Notes: generated by a model not told the origin, from the sequence alone. A stretch of 64,000 nucleotides of DNA from Trypanosoma brucei (GCA_000002445.1 CH464491.1:2144001-2208000), one strand, 5' to 3'; positions 46,685-57,968 are shown, counted from the stretch's first letter. Translations and numbers: made by a program.

Positions 46685-46699
46685 GGGGGGGGGGGGGGC
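46685..46699 (+). repeat. G15 homopolymer in the middle of the strand-switch region
   Basis: gcctggggggggggggggggctc. Guanine runs on the coding strand are the one motif reported as enriched at trypanosome Pol II start regions. Confidence 0.9.
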
Positions 46700-48479
46700 T
46701 CATGATTCATTGTTGTCTTCACAATAACTATCCAATCATCAACGCTGAGGAGCATATATTCTTGACGAGTATGACCTAAACGCCGTTTTTTATCGGATGT
46801 AACGTTCCTACAAGACTAAGTGGTTTCGGGCAGAAGTGGACGGCCTACAATCTATAACGAAAGGCAAATGGTATTCCTTGACGAATGCATGGTACTAGGC
46901 AAACTACCAAAACCACTGAAATTACCTCGGTGAGTCCTGTTTTCACGGGTATGCAGTGACTTGGGAAAGATGACCCCCGTCAATGAAAGAGTAAAAGCAA
47001 CCAAAGCGGTTGGGGGGTGGAGAAATATCCACAGCCGTACCGACACACAGTTTTGTGACCATTACTCACTATGAAATGATCGGGGCAGATCATTGGACAG
47101 GAGAATACCGGAGGCCTCTCTCCTGAGACAAAAAATTGGCCGGAACGGAAAATAAGATAAATATCCCCACAAAAAAAAAAAGCAGGCGCAACCACCTTTT
47201 GCTTCAGAAGCGAACGCCCATATCTGACTCTGCTCAATTCCCAGCGGTGTCGAAAGAAAAGCTTCAGCATAGGTACGCCTGATAAGAACGGCCTCAAGAA
47301 TCAGCAGACGAGTTGCGTCTTGCTTAGCGGACTCCTCAGTGCGAGAATCGCACCTCAGGATGGTGGAAAAAAGAATCAATTGCTTTATTACCCCGAAGAT
47401 TTCTGGAGAATCATACTCAGATCTCTCATCACCCCCTCCGCGGGATACTTACCAACTGAAGGGTGACATGGGAGTCAGATTGAGGGAGCACGTGGTGACC
47501 GGTGAGCCGGCGGAAGGCCAAGCAGAATTTGCAACCCTCATATTATTGGTCTCACGGGGGCCACACCTGCTAACTGTGGCAAGTTGTTCCATATGGCGCG
47601 GCGAAACATAACGACCAGCATAGCACTGGCGGCGGTTTTGTGGCTAAATCGAAAAGGGGGTTGATGCTCCTCTTCTGAGCCCCATGCCGTGGCGGCCGGC
47701 TTTCTGGGAGGTACTCCGGCATCAAAGGGGTCCTTTCAGTCAGTGAGGAAGCCGCAGCGCCGTCTTGGATAGCGTTCGTCGCGCGGTCCCAATTGTTCAT
47801 CGGTCCGCAGCCTAGCAGGGCATTTTGGCCAACTCTCCTCCACACCCCTGATTCATTGTCCCGGAGCTTTACCATTCAGAAGTTGAAGGTACGTTTCGTC
47901 CCTACTAAAAGTGCAACCTGGTCCTGCTACGTGGTGGAATCTTGATGCGCTGAAGTGGAAAATGTGGAATCGGAGTGTAATTGCAACGGACCTCCCCCCC
48001 ACATAAATGAGGAAAGAGATAACTTTGTTGGGAGAGGAGGCGGTGCACTTCCTCCTTGAAGTCAAGGAGTTCCACCTTCCTTCTCGCACCAGTACTTTCT
48101 TCGCGTGAACGGTGCGTGCCAACAGAAGCAGTCAGGCTGCTCCTAATGATGCCACCTCTCCGTGTTTGGTGCACCTAAAGAGGGTGAGGAATTCTTTGAC
48201 TTTAGGCTCACCGATCTTGTCGCCACTAACGTTTAGGAGTATTCAAAAGATTGACGATGTGCATTGGGCCCCAAGATTGGCTTGGGGCTAGCGATGTCGC
48301 TTCTATCGCGGGATGTGTTCGACATTGAGGGCGGGCATGTAACCTCACAGTCCCCTCTATTTTAGGGAAGGCTGAGGAAAAAAAATGGGCGTTCTCTTTC
48401 CATAAGAAAAGCAAAGCAACTGCCGCCGTTTGGTGCAACCGAGGTGGACGCGATATGCCCGAGTTGCTTCATGTTTTTT

Positions 48480-49340
48480 CTGAGGTTAGCACCGCTGCCA
48501 AATGCGGTGCGTCCGCGTCGTTTGCCAAAGGTTCGTTGAGTTTGTGACCTTTTGTAGCGGCGTCGTCCCGCCGTTAGCATTGCTTGGATATCCTCTGCCG
48601 GGGAGTGGGTGCCAGAAGACTCACCCAACTGCATTATCCCTGAAAGGCGCCAGGGTGGGAGACGCCGACGCTGGGAACGCTGACACTTGGCTGTCGCGGG
48701 CCATTCCGCGCAATTGGGCGGCTTTCTGTGTAAACCTGCAGGCGCGAGGGGTTGGACTGGTGACGGTGGGCTTGTCGTATGGTTCTCCCAGCGTCGTTGT
48801 TAGACAGGTCCTGGGGTGGGGCTGTGGTGGTAACGAGTTGCGCCTGTATGGCTTTTGTCGCTCCTCAGTGCTTTGCCGGGTGTGGGGAGTGTCTGTCCCC
48901 CTTTCTGCCTTTACGCCGTGTTCCGTGGATGATTCCATTTTTTCGCTTTTGCGCTACCGTATATTTCGTGCGTGCGCGTCACGCTCCACCTGAGGTGCAG
49001 GCTGTGTGTACTGGCTTCGGCTTACCCTTCCCGGGTTTGGGCGTCTCACCTCCGCTTGGGAGTTGGGGGGTACGTCGGCTAGTTTTGGTTTTGCCGGTCC
49101 CACAAACAAGCGAACGGGGACGGCGTGTTTTGGCAGGTTTTCTACTTTTCCGATACTTATAGAAGTGTGCTGCTATCATATCTCCTCCATGTGATGGGAA
49201 AGCATGGGCGAACTACTGGCGATTGTTCAGTTCTACTTGTGACCGGGTGACAGTGGTAACCAAGCATTCATGTCGGAGCGACGGGGTGTCTGGTACTACA
49301 CACCTCCTCAATGTTTTTTCCTTAAAAAAAGAATTGCATT
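48480..49340 (+). promoter_or_regulatory. GT-rich tract on the top strand immediately upstream of the first plus-strand gene; candidate GT-rich Pol II promoter
   Basis: Strong G+T skew: gcgtccgcgtcgtttgccaaaggttcgttgagtttgtgacc...ggtgacggtgggcttgtcgtatggttctc...ggggtggggctgtggtggt...gggtgtggggagtgtctgtc...ggtttgggcgtctc. Confidence 0.5.
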
Positions 49341-49614
49341 GACCGGTTTGTGTTTCAGTTCTTGCTTCTGTGCCCGGAGGGGTTCAGGCCCATACCCCGA
49401 AGTCGCTGCCGTCTATCGCCTCTGCTGCTAATGTGCGTATTTATCCTTGCGCACGCTACGCAATGCGATGTATTTATTGCAAAGATTTCTAGCACAGCAC
49501 AAAGCGCTTTACTAACGCGTGTGTTTCCCCCTAGGGGTTCTTTATTTTCCCGTCTAATTGTGCCGACCCACGTGTACTGCTGCTAAAAGTTATTTAACAT
49601 GAGCGATATAGTTT

Positions 49615-51288
49615 TTGTTTTCCATTTTTTTTAAAAATATTTTTGCAGTACTGATGTTCGCTGATAGCCATTTAGGTGGATGTACATCAACAAAAAGAAA
49701 TAGAGGTGATTACGAGACGTTGTGGGGCTCGCAGAGCCGAGCGCAAGTTCGCTTCGTAGAAGAGCTTGTCGAGTCGTACTTCCTTAGACCTTCTAGGATA
49801 GAATCTGAGCAGGCTAAGAGGAAAGGTCTTGGCTCTTGCAATTTGGATGAAGTTTCACCCTCGCTAGCGAAGCAGGTTGGTGCCGTTGTTCATCGCTATC
49901 AGTTGTTGAACAGCAAATACGTACCGTCTTCTTTCGCTCATTCTAATGTTCCTCTGCAGGCCCCGAAACGTCCATTCATAGCTGCCGTATTAGCCATTGT
50001 GGCACGAGCATGTGTGTTTGAGAATAGCGGTGTACACATCTCAGTGACCGCCTTCGATAGATGGTTTGAGGCGAATAGTTGCGGACGATTTTTAATATCA
50101 AAGGTTTGGTTAGACGCGAAGATGTATGTAGCAAGGTGCGTGGCTAGAAGAGACAGGATAGCACTTTTTGGTCAAGAAGTGATAGGATATCAATTTATTC
50201 ATTCTGGAAGGCTGCGCTCTTTAGACGAGAGGATTTTTTGGATGATACATGTTAGCATTGGGTGCGGCGACTTATCGCTGCACGACCATGCTGTGGTCGA
50301 ACATTTTAAGTGGCAAAACATTCCTGAGACAGACTCTTGGTTTAGGATATCAAAAGAATCTCATATATGGAGTATTTGGAGCACGACCGTATTTTCTTTG
50401 GATATTTTTTCCGATACATCGGCGGAAGATAAAACAAAAACTTCAGAGGCACTACTCGGTGAGGGAGTTAAACGCGGTATTCAACTTGTCGCGCTTGTAA
50501 TTGGCTTTCTCCGTTCTGAACGCATTGATAAATGTGATCACTCTTATCGCACTATGCAGGTTCTTTTTTCGGGTACTGCTGGCGAGTTGGCCGCCGTAAG
50601 CGTATTTTTGGGAATGAAGAGAGCCGTCAAAATATACTTTTCAGGCAAACCGTTCAACAAAAAATACATTCTCAAGTCAACGGAGATTATGTCCAGGCTG
50701 TTCCAGCAGCTTGTTTTATATTATACGTTCTTAGTTCCCACTAACCGGCACTATTGTTTATTGGATGCTTGTGAGGCCCTGTGGCAAAACTCCCGCGGCA
50801 GAGGTTTACAGGAAGTTTCCAAGGAATCTGCGGTGTCGGTACGACGCGAAAATTCTTTTAATGTGTTTCAAGAGGATGTGTTCGTTGGTTGCCTAGAGGG
50901 AGCCTGTATTTACCGACCGTTCCGAGATCATACGCTGACCCCACCTATGTCACGTTGTAACTTAAATATAATTGGTTCCTCGAGTGGGTTGGAGTTATTT
51001 TTACGAAGCATTGAATTGCAACGCGGCATAAATAGCGAAAGTACGAGTCAATGTTGTGAAAACGTTTATAAGCGAAATCTGCTGGTTGAGGTATTTAGTA
51101 CACGGACTGTGGACACATCCATTGAAGATATAAATCTGTGCACATCGTGGTGTCTTCTTAACCTTCCACCCGACACAGAAGATGAAACACATTTTGTGAA
51201 TCAGTTTGTTAGAGACACGCCTGATTCTGTGTCGAAGAAGTTGGTTATTGACACTGTAGTTGCATTAACGGAAGAAGATGTAGCTTAG
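49615..51288 (+). CDS. Hypothetical protein (557 aa); first gene of the plus-strand PTU; AT-rich third codon positions
   Basis: Long uninterrupted ORF with non-repetitive composition. Codon usage is visibly more T/A-ending than RNR1 or MCM2. Confidence 0.55.
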   Translation: MFSIFFKNIFAVLMFADSHLGGCTSTKRNRGDYETLWGSQSRAQVRFVEELVESYFLRPSRIESEQAKRKGLGSCNLDEVSPSLAKQVGAVVHRYQLLNSKYVPSSFAHSNVPLQAPKRPFIAAVLAIVARACVFENSGVHISVTAFDRWFEANSCGRFLISKVWLDAKMYVARCVARRDRIALFGQEVIGYQFIHSGRLRSLDERIFWMIHVSIGCGDLSLHDHAVVEHFKWQNIPETDSWFRISKESHIWSIWSTTVFSLDIFSDTSAEDKTKTSEALLGEGVKRGIQLVALVIGFLRSERIDKCDHSYRTMQVLFSGTAGELAAVSVFLGMKRAVKIYFSGKPFNKKYILKSTEIMSRLFQQLVLYYTFLVPTNRHYCLLDACEALWQNSRGRGLQEVSKESAVSVRRENSFNVFQEDVFVGCLEGACIYRPFRDHTLTPPMSRCNLNIIGSSSGLELFLRSIELQRGINSESTSQCCENVYKRNLLVEVFSTRTVDTSIEDINLCTSWCLLNLPPDTEDETHFVNQFVRDTPDSVSKKLVIDTVVALTEEDVA

Positions 51289-51746
51289 ATAGTTACTCAT
51301 TTGTATTGTTTTGTTCCAGTTTGAGGATGGAAAAACAAGTAGTTTCCCGTGCTCGCGTGATTTCCTATTTTCTTCTATTTATTTATTTTTGGAGGACGGC
51401 TATCTCGGTTTTGTTACATCAGTTGAACTGATGGTCGGCCACTACCCAACAGAGTTGTGTTGTAAGAGTCTGTGGAGCATTTTATTTTTCTTTTTGCTGA
51501 GACACACTGCTGTGCCCATTTTTTTCTTTTTGTGAAAGTGAAAAGGCAGTTACTGATTTTTACGGTGTTATTGGTGCAATGTTTCAGTTTGAGCTGATTT
51601 GGTTTATGGCTTTTGTAGATGTTTGTTACTGATGTATCTGTCAGTCTATCTGTTCAGGACATACACCACCGGAGGAGTGGTTCCCGTGCCTTATGGCATT
51701 CTTCTATTTTTTGTATCTAAAAAAAAAAATAAAAAAATAATGGTTA

Positions 51747-54044
51747 GTGCCACAGATGTTGTTTTGTCGGCATTTATTGTTCAGAGGAAGCTGTTTATTT
51801 TTGACAGCGAAACAAGGTATAGTATCAACAAATGAACCAGCGACTGTTCAAGGGTTTTATTCATGTATGGAATATGATGACCTTGGTGCTGCAGACGTTC
51901 CAGATTTGCAAGTTTCACTTCTCCCATTTCAGAGGGAAGGTGTATACTGGATGATGCTTCGTGAGCGTCATCATGTGGGTGGTATAATGGCTGATCAACT
52001 TGGAATGGGTAAAACAATTCAGATGATAGGCCTATGTCTTAGTTCTCACCAGTGCAATAAAGTCGTACGTGAACGTCACATTCGGAATATTCAAACAAAG
52101 GCCCAAAATTATCGGTTGTTAACAGTGATTAGACAGATGCAGCGCATCACTGTTGTTGCAAACTGCTCAAGAATTAATCGCCCGGCTACGGATCTTCGTT
52201 CCTTATTGAGTAAAGTTGAATGCTCCGATGCAAATCATTCTGATCAGAATATGTCAGATGTTCGTACGGAGGTGGAAAAGTGGCTTCGGTTCACTGGTAA
52301 GTTCCATCCTACGTATGAGAAACGGGCTTTGGCCTTTTTAGATGACGAACAAAAACGGTCGTTCGATTTAATTGAGTCGAAAGAACTTCGTACTCTCGTA
52401 GTAGTTCCAGCAGCTCTAATGCTCCAATGGAAAAGTGAGATTGAGTCGAAGGTAAAATCATCGCGGGGTTTGAGGGTTTACCTCTATCACGGACAGAGCA
52501 AAGTAATTAGCAATACAGAGCTTGAGTTGTACGATTTTGTCATTACTACATATGACACCTTGGCGAACTCCGCCAGCGGCGCCTTTGCGCCGGCATTTGG
52601 TGACAGTAACATAGTGTTTAACAGGAGAGAAGCTGGCCCACTTTTCCATATCCGATGGAAGCGCATTATTTTGGATGAGGCACATATGGTTAGGCATTCC
52701 CGAACTCAAAGGTGGAGGGCCGTTAAGGAATTACAGGGGGTACATCGGTGGGCCGTCACGGCCACACCTCTTCATAACAATATCGAAGATATTCAAAATC
52801 TTCTCCATTTTGTGGGCCTCCCCAGACTTCCAGTGCTCCCAGGGTCAAATCCAGAGGAAATTCTAAACGATCCAATTCTACAGCGTGGTATAGCGCGCTC
52901 ACTGCAACCTGCGTTCTTGCGTCGGGGTCCAGTAATGATTCGCAATGGTAAAAGAGAGGTGCTAGTGGAGCTCCCACCCAAAACCGAGAAGGTTGTTATG
53001 AAGCGCTTTTCTTCCGAGGAGTCCAAACGGTACAACAGCATACTTGCCCGATCGAGGTCGGCGTTGGAGAGTTCGGAGCGTAAGGAGGCTGCTTTTCACA
53101 TTTTTGCTATGATGACACGCCTTCGTCAGGCGTGTTGTCACCCGTGGATTAGTAGGGATCGTGCGCTTACCGTATCAGTGTGTGGTATATGCAAAAGCGA
53201 AGCTGTCTCTTCAGTCTTAACGAAGTGTGGACATTACTTTTGTTATGAGTGCTTGCTTCTTCGATTCCGTGATGCGGTTGATGGTGACAGCGTTGCCGTT
53301 CGCCTGGAGTGCCCCACCTGCGGGGAAATCATCACAAAAAGTTCTGTGTTTAGGAATCAAACACTTACCTCGGCGGAGCGCATTGCCAAACTGAAAAACG
53401 AGGAAGTGGAAGTAAGTACAAAATTACAGATGATACTGGATTCCATTCAGGCAATGAAGAAGAATTGCCCCGATGATAAAATGATTATATTTTCACATTT
53501 TACTTCATTCATGGACGTTATATCGGTAGCTCTCGACAATTTGGACATAGCTCATTTACGTTTGGACGGAACAATGAGTTTGAGCAGCCGAAACCTCGTG
53601 ATTCGTTGCTTTCAATCGAGTGATGATGTACGGGTTATTCTTGCGAGCAAAACAGCAACAGGTGTTGGATTAAACTTAACGGCGGCTAATCACGTTTTGG
53701 TAGTTGATCCGTGGTGGAATCCGGCCATTGAAGAGCAGGCTGTTCATCGCTGTTATCGCATCGGCCAGCGCAAGCACGTTCACGTGAAGCGCATAATTAT
53801 CGAAGACACAATCGAGCAATACTGCTACGAGATTTGCAGGCGTAAGAAGGAATTTGGTGATGCAATCTTGCGAGCCGCAACGAAAGGAGAGTCCGGAGCA
53901 TCGTTGGCAACATCGAAACTTCGTGAGTTACTTTCTCGCCTGCAGTTTGTCCCAGATAGCAACAAAACGAGCGACAATGTGGGCGATAACTTCACTAAAA
54001 CTGCAAGGGAGGACTGTGCCAGTGGCAGTAAAAGTTCAAGATAA
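51747..54044 (+). CDS. SNF2-family DNA-dependent ATPase with an embedded C3HC4 RING finger (RAD5/RAD16/HLTF-like)
   Basis: Motif I ADQLGMGKT, motif II ILDEAHMVRH (DEAH), RING CGICKSEAVSSVLTKCGHYFCYECLL...CPTCG, motif VI QAVHRCYRIGQ. The true start may be the Met at 51867. Confidence 0.9.
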   Translation: MPQMLFCRHLLFRGSCLFLTAKQGIVSTNEPATVQGFYSCMEYDDLGAADVPDLQVSLLPFQREGVYWMMLRERHHVGGIMADQLGMGKTIQMIGLCLSSHQCNKVVRERHIRNIQTKAQNYRLLTVIRQMQRITVVANCSRINRPATDLRSLLSKVECSDANHSDQNMSDVRTEVEKWLRFTGKFHPTYEKRALAFLDDEQKRSFDLIESKELRTLVVVPAALMLQWKSEIESKVKSSRGLRVYLYHGQSKVISNTELELYDFVITTYDTLANSASGAFAPAFGDSNIVFNRREAGPLFHIRWKRIILDEAHMVRHSRTQRWRAVKELQGVHRWAVTATPLHNNIEDIQNLLHFVGLPRLPVLPGSNPEEILNDPILQRGIARSLQPAFLRRGPVMIRNGKREVLVELPPKTEKVVMKRFSSEESKRYNSILARSRSALESSERKEAAFHIFAMMTRLRQACCHPWISRDRALTVSVCGICKSEAVSSVLTKCGHYFCYECLLLRFRDAVDGDSVAVRLECPTCGEIITKSSVFRNQTLTSAERIAKLKNEEVEVSTKLQMILDSIQAMKKNCPDDKMIIFSHFTSFMDVISVALDNLDIAHLRLDGTMSLSSRNLVIRCFQSSDDVRVILASKTATGVGLNLTAANHVLVVDPWWNPAIEEQAVHRCYRIGQRKHVHVKRIIIEDTIEQYCYEICRRKKEFGDAILRAATKGESGASLATSKLRELLSRLQFVPDSNKTSDNVGDNFTKTAREDCASGSKSSR

Positions 54045-54365
54045 ACGTATGCGTTGCCGCTGAAAGTATTCATTTTTCGCTTCAGGGCTGTACCATATGG
54101 ACTGCTGCTGTGTTGTTTGTGGAAGTGTTAACGTCAGCTGCCGTCAGGTAAAAACAGTGGTTCTAGTTTTGCGGAGGGGAGGAGGCAGGGGGTGCTCGGC
54201 GTTGAAAACAACTTTTCACCGCTCATGTTACTGTTGCTTGAATCTTTACGGAGTTGTTTTATGCTCCTTCTTGCTCTGTATGTATATTTGTTGTGCTCAC
54301 AGGGTTGTTACAGGTAGGGGCACCAGTGTTAGAAAACCTAATTTTCAGTCTCGCCATACCTTTCG

Positions 54366-54863
54366 ATGGCACTTGAAGGGTCAACACCAGAGGCGTTTTC
54401 GTTGTATGCCTTACCGACGTTTCGAATAACTAACTCGTGGGCGCAGCAGACGCGGACGGGGTTGTTTCAACCTCCGGAACTGTCCACTTCCCCGGCTCGG
54501 TTTGACAGCGGTGATTGTAGCAGCAGTAATGGGGCGAACTCAGCCCCATTTGCCGCATCGCGAAATGAGTGTTACCTAGTGTCTAGATGCAATTTTGGAC
54601 CGGATGGGGAGCTGTTGCTACGTAAAGGGGATCGCTCTCTCGAGAGCATCATGAACATGATTATCAATGAGATCGGTAAGGAGCAGGATGCGTTTGCCAC
54701 TCAGAGGGAAGGTAATCTTGTCTTAGAGCGTGAACTAAGACAGGTTCAACAAGGCCGAAGGGATGCAGAGCTCGAGTTGCATAAGACCGAGGCACTTTTG
54801 TTTTGTGTCAAGTCAATAGTTAAGGAGCAGCAAAACTTGCTGAATGAACTGAGGCACGTGTAG
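54366..54863 (+). CDS. Possible small coiled-coil protein (165 aa)
   Basis: On the PTU strand. Composition is protein-like in the C-terminal half (ERELRQVQQGRRDAELELHKTEALL). Weak call. Confidence 0.3.
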   Translation: MALEGSTPEAFSLYALPTFRITNSWAQQTRTGLFQPPELSTSPARFDSGDCSSSNGANSAPFAASRNECYLVSRCNFGPDGELLLRKGDRSLESIMNMIINEIGKEQDAFATQREGNLVLERELRQVQQGRRDAELELHKTEALLFCVKSIVKEQQNLLNELRHV

Positions 54864-55087
54864 GCGAACAATTAAGTTTGGGGACGCGTAGTTGGTATTG
54901 TTTTCCGAGTATTTTCTTCGTCCTGGAGGTCACACAGCTGTGTTGCATATACGACGCTTTTTTTTTTTTTTGAATACCACATGCGAGTCCGAGCCGCGTT
55001 TGTGCTTCCTCTGCTTCCCAAATAATCTTTGTGATTATTAACCTCTCTCCTATGCTTATCAGTTTAAGAAGTGTTTCGTAAGCAACG

Positions 55088-56341
55088 ATGGAAGAAGGAA
55101 CGTATGCGGGGCAACTGGGGACGCAAAATCTAGATAGTGTCGTAGAGACGGATGAAACTAACTTTCTCCACGAACGGTTATCCTCCAAAATTAGTAATGG
55201 GTTTGCTTCGAGTGCGTACTGGGGTGCCACCGGGGAGTTGCCGCCCCGGGAGCCGGATGACGTGGCTGGGAAGAAGCCACATTGCTTTGAAATGGAACTC
55301 AATCGCAAACTTGTACCCTTCCCTGAGGACAAGACTAGTCTTCCGCGGATATTGGATTACTCACACGTTGGGCTTCATCGACTAAGGGACGGCGCTGAGG
55401 ATCCTCCGAAGCTTAACGAGGCTCAGTTGCGGGCGTTGGAGGCTGGTGGATCGGCCTCAGGGGATAACACGTTAAAGAGAAGGGGGCTGCCTCTTTTGGA
55501 GAGGACAACCACACAAGGGCGTACCATCGGTAAGGGGATCTTAGGTCCTGAAGCACTGAACGCCCTTCGGGAAGGAAATGCCAACATAAGTGCAGCAGAA
55601 GCTAACCGTGAGCAACTAAAGAGCAAGCCCTTCACATCTGCAGACCCCAATGCCTACCGGCCGACTTCGTGGGACTACTGTGACATGACCGGTATTGATC
55701 CATCTTCTTACTGGGTTACCGCGCTTGATCAAGAGAGCGTGGGGATGCCTGCCGTCTACAAGAGTCGATACAATTTGGTCGAGAAAGAGGGGCCCGTGCG
55801 GCGGGAAAGAACTACATTGATGCTGGAACGGGGGAAGACTGTTGATAAAAAGCAATTGAGAGATACCCTGGATGGCATTAATGCTGAAGCAGTACCTCAA
55901 GGCTACAAAACTTGGTCAGCCGGTCACTGGATGAGCACCACTCATGATGCCCATGCCCCGTATGACATTGGAGGAGCTACGGAAATCAATAAGCGGAATG
56001 CGACTGTGCCACTCCCCAGGACGTACCACACGCTCACGCCGGTGCACGAGGAGACCGTCTTGTCGCAGACGCAGCGGCACCTGAACAGGCACAATGGTAA
56101 GTGGGCCACTGAATACTCAGTGTCTTACAAGGACAGTTTTGATGAAGCAGAGGTAAACAAGGCCTATAGCAAGAGAAGTATATTTGATATCAGGGACGGC
56201 GCCTACACCATGCACCCTTACGCTCATCACCCTCGCGACGATACGGCGACTGGGGAAAATTATACGCCTGCACAGATTGTACCGGGCCAATATACTTCCA
56301 TTGCCAGGCAACCACTTCACGCACGTAATGCTATCAAATAA
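55088..56341 (+). CDS. Hypothetical protein (417 aa)
   Basis: Long uninterrupted ORF with non-repetitive hydrophilic composition and no recognised motif. Confidence 0.55.
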   Translation: MEEGTYAGQLGTQNLDSVVETDETNFLHERLSSKISNGFASSAYWGATGELPPREPDDVAGKKPHCFEMELNRKLVPFPEDKTSLPRILDYSHVGLHRLRDGAEDPPKLNEAQLRALEAGGSASGDNTLKRRGLPLLERTTTQGRTIGKGILGPEALNALREGNANISAAEANREQLKSKPFTSADPNAYRPTSWDYCDMTGIDPSSYWVTALDQESVGMPAVYKSRYNLVEKEGPVRRERTTLMLERGKTVDKKQLRDTLDGINAEAVPQGYKTWSAGHWMSTTHDAHAPYDIGGATEINKRNATVPLPRTYHTLTPVHEETVLSQTQRHLNRHNGKWATEYSVSYKDSFDEAEVNKAYSKRSIFDIRDGAYTMHPYAHHPRDDTATGENYTPAQIVPGQYTSIARQPLHARNAIK

Positions 56342-57410
56342 GGTATTAACTCTCACACAGTGCGTGGATGCTTCTCCCTGAGAATGATACTTTGGATGAA
56401 CTGCGGGGAAAGATGCAGACGTGGAATAACTAGACCAACGTGCATCGGGGCCCCCAAATGTAGAAATATGTAGTTGTGTTTATTTGTTTGCCTTTTTCAC
56501 ACGCGGTAGAGAGTCCTGGCGTACATGTTTACAACTCCTCTAATACCACCGAATAACTGTGTCTGTTCACAATATATGTATTTTTGGACTTTTTTTTTGC
56601 GTTTTGGCAGTATGTTTACTTTTTTTTTTTGCTGTTAGGGTAGCTGGAGAGTCGTTTACATATCTGACTTCAACACACGGCACCACGACCTGCGTCCAAA
56701 AGTTGTGGGAAGTTTTGATTTTCGTTAGGAAAACTTTTAAACGACTGGTGTAGCTCTTAGTCTGTAAACGGGACGTACTAAACAGGTATCGTTTCAACCG
56801 AGGGGGCACGCTGGGATTTTTCATCGCGGACCTAATCTGTTTATCGGAGCGAAATAAAATTTAGGATGCGTTTCACTTTCGTGTAGTTGCCAACAGGAGG
56901 GTTTGAAGGCCTACTTCCCCCCTCCCCATTGGCAGCCTGTGTTGTTACGTTTGTGAAATGTCCTGGGGGATGCAGTTGCTCGCAAATATTGTCCTCTGGT
57001 GTTTCCGTATTTGCTGAGATGGTGTCGGCGGGAGGGGCTGATGCTTGCTATCTGTGTTAGTGTGTGGAGTACAAGGCGAACATTTTCTTGATGGTTTGAT
57101 TACTCCATTAGTATTGCCGTTGCATGCAGCTATCTCTTTGAGGTATTGTGCATTTTGATTCCAATGGTGCTATCAGTCAAGAGGGCCACGAGCAGGGCAT
57201 TTTGAAGGTCTACCCGGAGATGATTACTTAGCGACTAGTCTCTGTAAGTGAAAATGGTTTAATGGTACGGTAGCGGGGTAAGTGGTTTTTTTTTTCACTG
57301 TCTTATGGTTGCTTATTTTTGTCCAATCCCTTTTCACTCAATTTCCCTGCTATGCCTTCCTTCAGGTTTGCAGTAGCAGAGACTAAATAGCGTAGTCGGC
57401 AGTTAAATAT

Positions 57411-57968
57411 ATGTTGAATCCGACATTTTCTCTGTACAGGAAGACGTTGCAGTCCTATCCTGTACCACCGAAGATTCGCCACTACGATCGGCGATGGAGT
57501 GGAAGTCGCACAAACCCATACAATCGTCAATATTGGCGCGTGATTATGAACGAGAACTACTCCCGTCCATCCTTTTGGGTTTCAGACTTCCGTCACCGTT
57601 ACTTGATGCGTACAGGAACGGATTATCAAGGGCAGGTGCCTTCTTCACCACAACCCGGCCTCTACCAGGGGTTCAGTGACGTACATAAATTGTTAGCCAA
57701 CCACCCCAAACCACAGAGGGAATCCCGCCATTTACCAGTGTTGCCGATGACCCCACGGGTTGTCTTTGAACACGCCAATGAAAAGCGCATAGATACGGCG
57801 AAGAAGATGCGCAGGGACAGACGCAGGATAGAGGAATTGAAAACATTGGAATTTTGGGGGTGGTATATGAAGCTGCAGCGCGTCCGGGGCCGCTGGTGCC
57901 GGGAACAGGGCGTTTCGAGCCGTGGCGTTTATGGACCGGCAGTGGACGCAGCGGAGTTATGGGGTTAG
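57411..57968 (+). CDS. Hypothetical basic protein (185 aa)
   Basis: On the PTU strand. Arg/Trp/Tyr-rich and non-repetitive. Confidence 0.4.
   Translation: MLNPTFSLYRKTLQSYPVPPKIRHYDRRWSGSRTNPYNRQYWRVIMNENYSRPSFWVSDFRHRYLMRTGTDYQGQVPSSPQPGLYQGFSDVHKLLANHPKPQRESRHLPVLPMTPRVVFEHANEKRIDTAKKMRRDRRRIEELKTLEFWGWYMKLQRVRGRWCREQGVSSRGVYGPAVDAAELWG

Larger units (their letters stand above)
43290..49614. promoter_or_regulatory. Divergent strand-switch region: presumptive bidirectional RNA polymerase II transcription start region
   Basis: Every credible gene to the left is on the minus strand and every credible gene to the right is on the plus strand. No ORF longer than 206 aa in 6.3 kb. Composition is unlike the poly-A/T spacers elsewhere. 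Confidence 0.75.

Noticed and set aside
43290-49614. Possibility that the strand-switch region is an ingi/RIME/SLACS retroelement or an RHS pseudogene
   Set aside because: I recognise no reverse-transcriptase, endonuclease or RNase H motifs in any frame, no long ORF and no terminal repeats. Some unrecognised degenerate element cannot be excluded, and that possibility is reported as a low-confidence finding instead.
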